Assembly: GCF_009914755.1 (NCBI RefSeq)
Contig: NC_060926.1
Direction: 5' to 3' (one strand)
Source: the human T2T-CHM13v2.0 reference genome, Homo sapiens
Length of the DNA: 64,000 nucleotides
Position 1 is the first letter of the stretch. Each line of letters starts with the position of its first letter. Of this stretch, positions 42,509-58,500 are shown piece after piece. Below the pieces are notes generated by a model. It did no database searches. It saw only the letters and a list, made by a program, of their open reading frames with translations, and was not told the DNA's origin. A program made the translations under genes and the position numbers.

Positions 42509-43500
42509 TTAAAAACTATCATCTAAATGAAAATAAAATCGAAAAAGAGAGAAATCCTGTGAAAAATACAGTAAGAGATATTGACATATTTAGGCCAAAA
42601 AGAAGAGTAAGCAACATGAAATGAAAACAAAATTTAAAAGAATGAGAAAATATTAGATACAGAAGATAAGCAAAAGAGATCCATCATACATGTAACTGGA
42701 ATCCTGAGAGAATAAAACAAATACAATGGAATAGAACAAATATATAAAGATATCAATCATAAAACAGCTCTGAAACATATAATTTATATAAATATATATT
42801 TATTATATATATGCATAGATAATCTATATATTATAATAAAAGGACACATTATTCAGAAAAAAATAAATTAGAATGCTCAACAATATGGTCTATTCCTGTT
42901 TAAAGGATGTTAAAAAAAATGGTGAAGTCTAGCAAGAACTTTAAATAATTTCTTGGGGAAAATAATTCAGGCTGTATTCATATAACTCCTCAATGTCTTA
43001 TAATACTAGAGGACAGTAAAGCAATACCTACAGGGTTCACAAAAACCAAAGCATGGGCTAAGAATTTTATATCTTGCCAAGCTGTTATTCAAGTGTGAAG
43101 GTTGTGTATACAAGAACTCAGGAATGTTGGTTCCACAAGCCTTCTTGAGGAAAATATTAAAATACAAACTTTACGCAAGCGAAGTCAGGAAAACTGCAGC
43201 AAAGAGACCATAAATGAGGACTGAAATATATTTCTCTTAGAACTGACACTGAATAAAAGTGGGGATAACAGTGAACAATCAGAATGTAAATATTACATGC
43301 TCTGAAGTTATTGAAATGATACAACCCATCAAAACAGGAAGGGCATTAAGGAAAGAGGTAGAAAGTAAATAAATATTCTGATTGTCCTACCTGTCAGCTG
43401 GGAATAAAAATATTTGAAGCTGACAAATCAATTAATAGAAACATACGTATATTTAAGAATATAAGAGTAAATACTAAAATGATTTTATTTTCTAATATCA

Positions 43501-44028
<528 letters not shown>

Positions 44029-47000
44029 TCAAACATGTGAAAAATGAAAGAACATTAAGATTCTAGGTACACATTTTTATAGATGCATAAAGAAACTCTG
44101 AAAGGATAGAGTTTACATTAAAAAACTAAAAAGATGGTTGCCTATGTAAGAGGAGAAGTGGGAAGAAGAATGTAGGGAAAGTACTAGGCATATGGGGGAA
44201 AAGGATGAGACAGATTTTTCACCATTCTATTTTAGTTTAGGATTACCTAACCAGAAAATCAAATAAAATAATGTAAAAAATATTTTCAATCATTAAAAAC
44301 TAGGCCAATTTTTTACCTGTTGTCATAGTTAAGCTATTCCCCATATTTCATAACTAATACAAAGAGTGATCATTAGATATTTGTCCAAAACTTTGGGTAT
44401 TTCAACATTTTTCCCAAGAAAGCAGTTATAAATTGAAATTTTTTAACTAAGAGCAAACCACTAATCCAAATGAGTTTTTTGGACTTTTATTCATCTCATT
44501 TATAAAATGAATCATTATGATGAAAAAGAAGACAATGAATTTATAATTAACAAGTTACTATGGTTTCATGTTCTGAGAACGTTAGTCTTCTTTCACATCT
44601 TCACATAATAAGTTAATTTTACAACCCGAATAATGACTAAAGACCTCTACAAAGTTTTTCTGAGGTTACAAGCAATTTATTTATTGTTTTTGTAACATAT
44701 TTATTGTTACTATTCTTAGGCAGGATAATCATTTGGAAATTTGAGCATGTCAGTATAGCTGCTCTCCCAGGTACATGAAACAATACATGTCTTCACAGTT
44801 GACATTTAAGCAATCTTCAATTGTCGAAAGGTGCATCCAAGAAAAGCTATCTGCACACTTTTCTAATTTACTATGACGTACCTCCTAAGATCATCTGAGG
44901 CCTATTATTTAAAGTCACTAGAAACTTTCTTTCCTAACCAATTGCATTTAATCATAAAGACAAAGACCTATGAGAAAAGTTTTCACGGAAAGGTTTCATA
45001 GGACAAACTTAACTATTATTTCTAAAGCAAACACTTCAGCAGGGGCTACACATGATATGGAATCCTGCAAATTATTTGTAGTCTAAAATATTTCTTTTAC
45101 TTTTGCTTCACTAAATTATAATTTATGTAATATAATAAGAAATATTTGGGGCTCAACGCTTTGGAAACTGTATAAGCCAGAACATTTTCAGCATCAAGTG
45201 ACAGAAAAATGTAAGTGAGAAGATCATAAAAGATAAATCTCCTGTTAAATCCAGGAATTTAAACAACATCATCAGAACTCTGTTCTCTTTCCTCCTTGAC
45301 TTTGGCTCTGCTTTCCACTGCTTTGCCTCAGATCAGACAGGATTTGAAATGGCTGCAGGTATCCCTAAGACCATGTGGATTAGAGATGTCATAAACCTGA
45401 GGACTCTGAATTTGCCCACTGTGAGTTACATGCTCATCCCCATAGCAATCACTGAGGTCAGCGGGATGCAGCGCTCTGATTGGTCAGGCCTGGAGGGTGT
45501 GCTATGGAGGATTAGGAAACATAAATATGCAGCCAGGCCACACCGGTTGTTATGAAATTGGGGAAGAGATGGCTCCCATCTCTTAAAAGGAATTGGGGAA
45601 GAGATGCTGAAGTTTATCTATACATTTTCTTTTTCACTTACCTCTGATGCTAAGATATCTAACCTAGTAGAATTAACTTTAGAAGTTCTGTAAAGTTGTC
45701 TTTGAAGCCTTCCATCATCTCATTTTAGAACCCTAAGTTATTTTAGGGAACATTGTCTGGCTTAAATCCTGAAAATTGCGTCTTCCAGTGACACTTTAGA
45801 TTTCCCAGTGACAACCATTTACTCCCTTTAATTGGCTCCAGAAATGCCTTCCTTCTGGAGGCAGGAACAAACACAAGTTGACACCCTTAAACTGAGTGTC
45901 AGGGACAGGCATGTGCCCAAGCATGGAAAATCAGAGGTTACAAGGAGACCTGATGCCCATCATTTATCTCAGCCACATCCTCCTCTTAAAGAATATTCCC
46001 TGTCTAGTGCAGCCCTCCAGGTGAGGCAGCCTTAACCTTTGCTTCAGGCCCAAAGACAACTACTGCTGGGTCCTGGTCGTCAGGATCCTGAGTCCTGCTC
46101 AATTCCTGGCTGCTTGCTTCTGCTCCTCCAGCTCCGTATTAGCCAGTCACAAGTTACCAAGCACATTCAAATACTTGTAAACCTCCTTTGAGGCAGAGTA
46201 TAGTTCTCATTTTATACAGATTAAAAATTAGTGCTGAGAGGTTAATTAATTGCCTGGTACGGCACAGGTAAGCAGGGAGCCAGGTCTGCCGCCTAGGTCT
46301 CATGTTTTTCTCCCTATATCCAGCTTCCAGGTTCTCTCTGGGTCTGGCTCATCTTATGCCTGGTCTTGGGTACTGCCCTCAGTCTTACCTTGTCTTTTCT
46401 CATCTTGCATTCTCATCTCAGCTTCCTGCCCAACCGTTATACATTGCATAACTTTCTTCCCAATATGTTTGCTCTACAACAAATGGTATTATTTTTCGAG
46501 TGAGGCATTTTTTGAGTTATAGTTCTAAGAAGGAAGTGAAGGCATGTAGAAGTAGACAAGAGGAGTCATGAAAGAGAAAGCTCTCTCACCAGAACTATTA
46601 GCATTGCTCTTTATCTTCAGGAAGAGAAAGAAAAGGTTTAAAAATGGAGGTCCAGAAACAATGGCTACTGTTCAGGGGGACACTACAATAACAAAAAGAG
46701 AGAGAAACTCAGTGTCAGATCTTTAAATGAAAGAATTGATATGAAGGACATTTGCTTTGGCACATCTAGAAAAATATGAGAAAATAATATATTGTAATTT
46801 ATTTGCAATATATTTAAGCTGCTTATGTGGATGGCTTATTAATTAGGCCAGGAATTCAGCCAAGTCCCATTGATTTATACAACCAAAATTCTTTGTTTAG
46901 CTTATGATGGATGATACATAAATGCTGATGATTAATCTCTTGTAAGTTTTCCCTTTTTTTAATTCCCAGAACACTACAGTTTGCCTCAAGTGAGTTGATG

Positions 47001-47064
47001 CTCTTCATAGCCTAATTGTCATATTTAATTTGTTAAGTCAGAGATACCTTCTCTCTAATCAATG

Positions 47065-47066
<2 letters not shown>

Positions 47067-47101
<35 letters not shown>

Positions 47102-47198
47102 CCTTGTAATGAGCTTCTACACCTGAGGATTTACCAACCACCAAAAATGACTTAAATCTGGGCTTTTACTTCCGATGTCTCCAGGTCAGAGTCTTAAG

Positions 47199-47242
<44 letters not shown>

Positions 47243-47256
47243 TGTGTGTGTCTGTG
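47067..47256. repeat. Facing (CA)n and (TG)n microsatellites about 100 bp apart
   Basis: (CA)n at about 47067-47098 and (TG)n at about 47203-47256. Confidence 0.95.
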
Positions 47257-47872
47257 TATGTAAAGCCATGTATGAAACCCAAAGTTGTTATTAGATCCAA
47301 ACCATGGAGTTTGGGATGGTGGTTTCTAGAGTTAATGGATCAAAAATAGTTAAGTTCAAACATTCATCAGGTTTGAAATAAACTGTAATGCTCTTCTAAT
47401 ACAGTAAAAGGATCCTAGCAAAAATTCTACATTAGAAGGTAAGAATTATAACTCTCCAAGTGCATGTTGTTATATAGTTTAAGAAGTACAATCCATGGTG
47501 TGGAATGAGTTACTAAACTAGAAGATTGAGCTTCTGACACCAATTTTGCCAAAGTTACTAATACTGTGACCTTTGGCAAGGACGTCATCTCGCTGAGCCT
47601 GATTTTCACATCTATGAGTGGGAAGGATACAACCTGTTCAGAGGACTGTGGTGATGAAAAACTGTGACAAGGGAGGTAGCATAAGAGGCAGAATGACTAG
47701 CACATGGTTCCTTCTTCTTTCCCAGTTCTATTTAAGACCTAAACAGGATCAGTGAAACCCACCAAGATGTTGGAACATAAGTAGAGTCTGGAAAAAAAAC
47801 CATAATATAAACACATATATTTGAAAAATAGATAATAGCATTAAATTATTTCAATTTTGAAAAGTATAGTAA

Positions 47873-48219
<347 letters not shown>

Positions 48220-49116
48220 TCTTCTGTATTTTTGTGGCTACTTTCTGTTATGGATATTTGTTTTAATATAAATATTCCGTTTTACCTGATGAAATATTTC
48301 TGTGAGGGCATTCTTTCTAATAAAATTGTCACTTATTATAAAATCATCACTGGCAATCTATCTTTTTTCACATTTTCTTCATCTTTACTAAGCCATTCAA
48401 GCGTGGTTGGCATTTCTTATTCAAAACACATCAATAACACTGGAGGCCAGAGAACACTTATCTTTTTTTGTCAAATTGAAGTCAGCTATTGTACTATTTG
48501 GAATGTTAATGGAGAGCTTGTCAGATATTCAGATAATAATGAAATGTTTATCAAAATCATTATGCTCAAAAAAACAAAAGTTCAAGATTTCTAAAGTAAA
48601 CGAAAAACAAAAATTTTTGCAGATTAAGTCTACAATTTCTAATGAAAAGAAAAAAAATTAATATATGGCCACTACAGAACAAAATATACTAAATCCAGGT
48701 ACAACATAACTGTTAATTTGAAAAGGTAAAACGGTGAAGGTTATGCCAGCTTCTTGTTCCATAGTTAAGAAAAATCCATGTTTTAAATATTACCTCCCTC
48801 CTCAACAAGGTAAATTATTATTCATGTTAAATGTCATCCAAAGTAAAGAATTTGCCTAAAATATATTTTCTCTTTTTCTAAATATGCTGAATGAGTGATT
48901 CGTATCCTCCCCATTTGGGGAAGGAAATGTCATATTTTGGTTGAAAATAACTTCCAATAGGCTACATGGGGATATAAAAGATAAATTTTTAAAAGGGTAT
49001 AGTAAAAAAAAGAAAAAGAAAGAAAACAACCTTCAGCCACTCTTTTACAGAGTTAGATGGATAAGAATATAGGTTGGATTGGTCATGGCTAATTACATTA
49101 AGAATTAAGGAAAATG

Positions 49117-49349
49117 GGCAGGGCATGCCTGTAATCCCAGCACTTTCAGAGGCCGAGGCAGGTAGATCACCTGAGGCCAGGAGTTTGAGACCAGACTGGC
49201 CAACGTGGTGAAACCCTGTCTTTACTAAAAATACATTAAAAAAAAAAATGGGCATAGTGGTGCGTACCTGTAGTCCCAGCTACTCGGGAGGCTGTGGCAG
49301 GAGAATCGTTTGAACCCAGGAGGTGAAGGTTCAAAAAAAAAAAAAAAAA
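49117..49349 (+). mobile_element. Alu lacking the distal right arm
   Basis: The right arm jumps from ggaggtgaaggtt directly to caaaa. Confidence 0.88.
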
Positions 49350-49677
<328 letters not shown>

Positions 49678-50934
49678 TCAGTGAAACATAAGTATAACCC
49701 AATTAAAGGTAGTAATATTGCTGAAGAAATTATGTATTAAGCAGAATGAAAGATCAGCTAAAAAATCATAGGAGACTCTTTTGAAAACATTGGCAGTGCC
49801 TACACAGATGGTGTCAAGAAAAAGCAGTAAATTTAGCCATCAGGCTCTCTGGTAATAAACTGGTTTCCATCTAGGCCTGCGTGGAGACAAAGCAGATGTG
49901 GCCATGCTGATAATTGGATTCCAGTTCTTATCACACAGATAATGGTAAAGTAAGAGATTGGCACGATGACTTTTTGCATTAGTTTTAAGAATTTGTTGGG
50001 AGTTTGTTTCTTTGTTTTTAACAATGTTGAACCCACCTGTGGAACTGACCGAATTAGGATTTTTAAGGCTGTCCAGCTGAGGACCAGCCCCTCAGCACAA
50101 CAAAACCTCCAAAATGACTTCACCCCAGGAAGTCTCTTCTCTCAGGGGACATCACTGCGTGCACTCACCTGTGTCCCTGTACCTTTCCATATGCTCTATT
50201 AGGGTGATGCTTGCACAGATGAGGGATCTTGACAAGATAGATTACTGAATGGATGGATCAGCAGTTTTCAAGATCAGAATTTATTTCTGGTCTCTTTCCA
50301 ATAAAGCATAGTTAGATTAGATTGGATCGTACACCTTCCCAGAACAACTTAATACAATAACAATCATATAATTTGTCATTTTTCCTATGGTATCTTTATG
50401 TGCTTTGTTTTTATAATGTGCCAAGAGCCTCATGGAATTCAATTTAAGGGTTATTGAGGTAGTCTATTAAGAGTTATTGAGATAGTTATTGAGACAGACT
50501 ATCGAGATAATCAGCAGCTTCTGCAGGGATAAAATGGAGTCACTTAGGAAAAGACATATCACCTTTTTCTGAGCAGATAAGACTTAAGTTGAACACCATC
50601 TGGTTCCAAAACCTTTCATTAGTGTATGGCTTTTAAAGATACGATGCTACAGTAAAGACTAAATCATCTTGGTGGCTACAATTTCAGAATCATTTACTCC
50701 AGTTCAATTTAGCATAAGAAGCCTCTGTAGAAAAATTGGCTTTCGAAACCCAAATTACACAGTGAGCTGATAAACAATTAAATGAAATTCTGTCATTGAC
50801 AGGAAGAGCTAGGCAGAGGAGGACAAAAAAGGGAGAGAAAGATGCCCAAATTTACTGAGGAAAAAAAAAGGCACAGGAAAGGAAGTGAGGTGAGTATCGG
50901 CAGGTTAACCTCACATCCTTCTGAGAGACTTTCC

Positions 50935-51143
50935 TCTAGAAAGCTGATTTTCAAATTTGCTTGAAGATAAGAACTGACTAGAACACTTGTTTAAAAAACT
51001 CTCAGGCCTCAGCCCGGACCTACTAAACCATGGTATATTGGAAAAACCATAGTATATTGGAGAAGAAACCTGGTAACCTGGCAATCTGTGCATATAACAA
51101 GTGCCTCACGTGTTCCTCATCAGGTAAGTTTGAGCTAGCACTG
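50935..51143. mobile_element. MER5-like MITE
   Basis: tttcaaatttg..caggcctcagcccggacctactaaacca..aatctgtgcatataacaagtgcctca..aagtttgag. Confidence 0.6.
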
Positions 51144-51329
51144 TAGCTAAAAAGATGTTTCTATGGGCTTGTTGGGACATTCTGAGCCTTGCGAGTAGTA
51201 AGCCTCATTCTTAATAAGACGGTCCAGTTGTTGGAGTCAGAATAGGAGCTCTGATTCAGACGAGCAGAACAAAAACATTAAGGCCTCACAGTTTGTGGCA
51301 AGAGCTTAAGTAGATGCAGTAATAAGTCC

Positions 51330-51661
51330 AGGCTGGGCACAGTGGCTCACACCTGTAATCCCAGCACTTAGGAAGCTGAGGCTGGAGGATCCCTTGTGGC
51401 CAGGAGTTTGAGACCAGCCTGGACAACAGAGCAAGCAAGACCCTGTCCCCACAAAAAAAAAAAAAAAAAAAAAATTAAAAAAATTACCTGGATGTAGTGG
51501 TGCACTGGTGCATGCCTGGAGTCCTAGCTGCCTGGGAGGCTGAGGGAGGAGGATCACTTGATCCCAGGAGATTGAGGCTGCAGTGAGTCATAATCATGTT
51601 ACTGCACTCAGCCTGGGTGGCAGAGCAAGACCCTGTCTCTTTAAAAAAAAAAAAAAAAAAA
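51330..51661 (+). mobile_element. AluJ with expanded central A-run
   Basis: ggaggatc, aggctgcagtgag and gcaagaccctgtc J-type motifs. Confidence 0.92.
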
Positions 51662-52372
51662 TTCAAGACAAGGCAGTTAAAGCCAGTTGCAATTAATTTA
51701 AATAAACACCAACAAAGCATCCTAATACCTGTAATATGAAGACATGGGTGCAAATGCCAACACTTCCAGTCACATTTTTATCATCTATACAAAAGAAGTG
51801 ATGATATCCAGTTTATAGATGTTATTATCAGAGCTGGTGTTTGAAAGTGCCACCTAAATATGAGCAATTATTGCTACTAGGTAAAGGGTACCAGAGCAAG
51901 TGCTCATATCAGGACAGTCAAACAAGAGGTGTCCCTACAAGTGGGTGGGGAAACACAGCAATGGGAATGTAGAATGGAAAAATTGTGAGGTGTGTGTAAG
52001 TGGCAGCAGGTAGCAGGCCCCTCTGGTGGCCTAGAATACATCTGAAACTATCATCTTCAGGCATAGAAAGAAGAAAATGAGATGTGAGTTAGTTGAGAAG
52101 AAACTGGATAGCTGAGAGATTACCAAGATAAGATTCAGACATATTAAAAACAATCTTGGTACCCACTGCCTGGCGACAGGGTATGTGGTAGCAGCTTTGT
52201 GCAACATAAGTTATTAGCACAGAAACCAAAATCAGAATAGGAAAAGCAACATGAGCTATTCCTAACACTTCAGTTCCCCTTGGTCAGAGGTAGGAAAGTT
52301 GAGCCTACAAATAGGAATAAAGTCCCAGCCGTAGAACATAGAGAGACGCAGGAAGCTAAAGAGGTTTTTTCA

Positions 52373-53032
<660 letters not shown>

Positions 53033-53865
53033 GAGAGAGAGAGACATCTGCTGCCAGCAAAAAGATCCTAGATCTATCCATAGGTTTAAAACACACATGG
53101 CTTTAGGTGCCAGGTAGATGAGGAAATGTATAAGGGCACAGGGTCTCAGACAATGGGAAAACGCAAGTATTGTTTAGTATTTAGAATGCAATCACTGAAA
53201 TGCAGTCTAACTCAGATTTTTAAAAACCTACTAACAAGCAAAACTGGTCTCTGGGCTAAATAAAATCCCAGGAGACCAGGTTTTAACATGAATGGCCCAG
53301 AGCAGAGAGCACAGATACAAATATGTAGTGTGATGTATTCAATAACATTAAAAGTTATTTTTTTAACTTCAGATTCAGACTTAAGGAACATTCAGTTAGC
53401 ACCTACTATAACCTAGGAATGAGGCCCTCCTATATACATTTCATGTGCATGGAAATAGGGAAGAACCAGGCTACTTGAATCAAAACACTTTGATAACCTT
53501 ATTCCCCAGAAAGCATCTCAAAATTCTGATTTCATGTCTACAATAATGATAAAAATGACAGTAGTAGTAATAACAGTTATACAAGGTAATTAAGTAAAAT
53601 GTCATAAAGTAATGTAGGGATAACAATTATACCTATACATATTGTAACTCTAACTTTTTTAACATAAGTATACTCTCTTGAGAAATTAATTGTATCCTCG
53701 GCATTAAAGAACTTAAACCATCCCAACTGAAAACACTTGAAAGAGAACAGGAAAATCCCACTGCTCCATGCTGACAACTGATATTCAAGATCTTGCGTAA
53801 GAATTCTAACCTTCTTGGAAGTATTCACAATGACTTTTAAATATCTGCCTTCATGTTACATTTAA

Positions 53866-54245
<380 letters not shown>

Positions 54246-55589
54246 TTGTATTTTTAATGCCAAATTAGGGGGGTAGATAATTTGATCATTTCTGGCTGCA
54301 GTCATTGAAATTGAGAAATGTGAAAAATTTGACTATTGCTGCTACAAAAATGTATCTCTTTACAAAATTTAGTATGATCTTTTTCCTCCCAAGAGAAATC
54401 TCTTTGAACATTACCTATCTACATAGTTAGAACAGACAAAAATATTAAAGATTTGTATTGAAAATGTGTTAATTTGTATTCTACTTTCTATGTCCTACAC
54501 ATACAAATTTATTCAAAGGAATTCTAATATCAGTATGACTATTTCATCTTTTGTGTGCACTTTTTAAAAACTTATACATTCATTTCAGTCCATAAGTTAC
54601 CAAAAGGGAAACAATATTTGTTAATCTAACATTTGAGGCTTCTACCTAAAATTTATACAACGCATTTGGGTAACTAATAAACGCTTTTACACATAGGTGC
54701 ATTAACATACACTGATTAAAATAAAGGCATAGCTAGAAATGTCTTCGCCCCACTTAAGACATACAGATCATCACAAGGCTGTGATGGCAGGCCTAATAGG
54801 AATATGTGAAGCCTAAAGCTGCAAACTTGGAATCTGCAGTTTAACAAAAGATAGGCTTTGCTTTTACATCTAGCACTCCACTATTTATCAAGGAAGTCAG
54901 GGATCCAACATACTTAGCTCTAAAATGGGATAATATTGACAGCTGAGCTTATTATGTATTTTTAATGTATCAATTGTAAAAATTTATAGGAGGGCTGTAT
55001 AGATCATAAATAGCAATGCATATAAGGTATGTTTTCTGTTTTTCACATAAAATGGAGAGTTCAGCCAAGTTAGGTCATCCTTGAATAAAAACATGAAGCA
55101 TTCTCCCAGTATTATTGCAGACTGCTCTTCAAGCTTCTTTGCCAATGTTTTCTCCTCACATATATATTACCTGTCCCTTGACTATAAGTGTTTTAAATAT
55201 TCTTTGGGACTCTTCCCTATGACCTGTCTAATTTCACTGCTGAAATTCTCCCTAGAGAAATTTTTCCCTCCCAGGTCTTTAGATTCCTTCTGCAGTCTAG
55301 AAACACACTTACCTCTCTAGATCGACCTCCTACGATCTGGATCCCTATTTCAACTGCCTATTTTACACCTCCTTCATCCTCAGCGTCAGAGGAACCCTAG
55401 GCCTGAGATCAAAGACATACAATAGAGATCTGAGGCAAGATGTCGTCACTGCAAAATGAGTCAAAACATGCATGGAACTATCCTCCCCAGCCACAGCCGG
55501 ATAAAAAGGTATAGCTCACAGGATGTGAGGTGGGGCACATCCTCTTGACGCAGTCCACCCCTGGTACCATTGAGACCCACTTGTACCCT

Positions 55590-58500
55590 ATATTAAATGC
55601 AATTCATCACTGAGTGTTCAAGGTGGTGGCCTCTTCAAAAAGCTTCATATACAACAGTTACAGGTAGAAACTACAAATGCTGCAACTGGTACCCAAATCA
55701 TAATTCATATTCATATTTCACTTCTCTATTACACTTTGTAATTTCTCTCTCCCTTTTGTCCATCAGGTTGCTCAGTCCCTCTTTTGCTGATATAGGTTGC
55801 TTGTCTAATGGAGTCACCCAAACCTTCAGCTGATTCTGAGTTCTTAGTTGTTTTGTTCTTACCATGTTATGGTCACTGCAATTTCTGGTTCATCATTGTC
55901 ACCAGACATGGACACACAAGTGCACCTCATGAGTTCTACTGTGTAGTAGCAACTCTAGCTCTTCAGGATCATGGGGCTCATTTCCCCCAGGAATATACTT
56001 CTTTTTTGGCTGCCATTCTGCTGGCATGAGGAGCCCATAACATAGGAATCACTTTCGACCCTTTTGAAGTAGTCACAATTGCAGGTTTAGTGGGCACTTA
56101 CCATATTGCTGAGTGCAAATATTCCCCTAATATAGCAGAGCTAATTTATTTAAAAAAGGAAAACATGAATTCCATCCTGAGGTGGACCTCAGGATGATAG
56201 GGAGGGGAACCAATTCTGTTTCCATGTCTTGCTTCCTGGATCTGCATATTTTAGCCATGAGAGACACCTCGCTATGTATCGCTAATGATTTAAGGCAATT
56301 CTGAAGGACATTGACTAAATCACTCCATAATTTTAATCATTTGGTTTTTTTCGAGGGGATGTGGTGTGTGGCAGGACCAGAAAACTATTTGGCCATACAC
56401 TTGCTTACTCACCTCTTTCTCTATGAAATTAGGCTCTTGATCTGACAGGATGTTTACAATATTGCTTTTGTAAATCATACATTCTGTAAGTGCTTGAATG
56501 AGGTGTTGCAGAAACCCCGTTATCAAGGAAGGAAACCCATATCTAGAAAAGATAGCAATTGAAGAATCAGTTTCATCTTCAGGATGGAAGGGGATTGATG
56601 TAATCAACTTGCCATCAAGTGATTACTTAATCTCCTTGAGGGATGGGAACATATAATTGATCTCTGCTTCTGATAGGCCCAGCATTCAGCAGCACTAGTA
56701 GCCCACTCATCCTGGCTGATCTGGCTCAGATACGAGTCTTAACCTCTGCCATCATTGCTACTCTGAAACTCTGAAACTTTATAGGGTCCTTCTCCCAGCT
56801 TCTGACACAAACGTGCCTTACTGGGGCAACTAGGGTACTCTCTTCTTCCTGCACATCAGATCCATCATCGTCACTACACATGGACCAGTTGGCACAATGG
56901 CATCAATGTAGTGGACAAATGAAATGATCTGTGAAATATTAAAATAATCAGAGTCCCCACAGACTATATTTTTATAGACTATAAGAGTGTTAATAATACC
57001 TGTGGAAAATAGTGACTGTATACTACTGTCCATCTAACATAAAAGTGAATTAATTATGAAACTCTTGATTGATAGAGATTGAAAACTGCATTTGTTAGAT
57101 CAATACCAAGTACCAGAGGCTATATTAGTTGATTCTAATGGAAATAAAATACCTGACACCACTGCAGTTGCACCCACCACTTGGTTAAGTTTGTGGTAGT
57201 CCACCACCGTCTACCAAAATTCATGTTGTTGTTGCTTGGGTCAAACAGGTTAATTGAAAAATAATGTGTTGGAAGCAACCCTGCATTCTTTAAGTCTTTG
57301 GGAGTAGCACTAACCTCTGCAATTTCTCCCAGGTTGCAGTTTCACTTGGGATTCTGTTTCTTGGTGTTGGGAGCTGGACTCACTGTAAGATATATTTAGG
57401 TCAGGACTCCATTTAGCATCTGCTCTTCCAAGGTGTCACTTTAACTAGGGATCATAGTAATATTCCTGTTTAAAATGTCCCCTATTTTAAGTGCCAGCTC
57501 AGATAATTTATCCAAAGCCCTTTGAAAGGCCTTTTTTCAACATGTAATCTGATATATGCTTTAAGTCCTTTTGGGGCAGGAATGGAGACATATTTATGGC
57601 ATACACATGAAGTAACCTCTCAGGGTCCCTCCTCAAGTGAACCTAGCCTTCCCTTCAATGAATGGGCTCTGGCTCTGTGAACTAGCTCAGATCTCTCTAG
57701 CTCAGTCTGGAATCTATTCATTGTCCACCATCCCATCTGACATCAGTCTTCTGTTCACAACTCTTTTTTTTCCATTTCTTGATGTTAACAAGCTGTACCT
57801 CTAATGGGCTTTCCATGTCTCTTCTATTGGGAACACCATGATGTATGAACACTTGCCACAGGTCCCAGTGGGTCAAGGCCTCCTGGTTATTCATCTGGCC
57901 TTTTTGCTCATTTGTCCTGTCTAAGGTACCACCATTTGGCCTCAGAAATTCTGGAATCCTATCATTCCTATTTTGTCTAGGCAACCACAGATGCCAATCC
58001 CCAACTCTCAACCATAGCGTAAAGAGGATAGTAACTACAGAGCTTCTCGAAGATGCCAATGTCTGCCTCAAGGTGCATTCCTTATTGCTTTAGTGAATGA
58101 AGTGTCATCAGGGCTCTCCCCGGGAACAGAGGCAGGAATGAGAGTTTTCTAGTCTCCCATAATAAATCCATTCTAACATGCCCACTTCCCTGAGCTTCTA
58201 ACTCCATTCCTCAATACTCTGTCTAAAGGTTCTGGCTTCTCTAACTAGCTTCAAAGAGCCATCCTAGCAGGGCATTATGATGGACTCCAGGTGTTTTCAC
58301 TAGGATGTTAAATCTTGAGTCATGGGAAGGTGAACCCAAGTCAATAAACTCTCCACTTACCAGCCTTATATTCTGCACCAAGCCCCTGGCTAATGGCCAC
58401 AAGATCTATTTCCACACCTGCATACCTAGTTCCTGTTGGTACAGCCTATCCAGATCCTGCCATCCTTTAAAGAGTAAACTATTCCTCCCAGACTTTTCTC

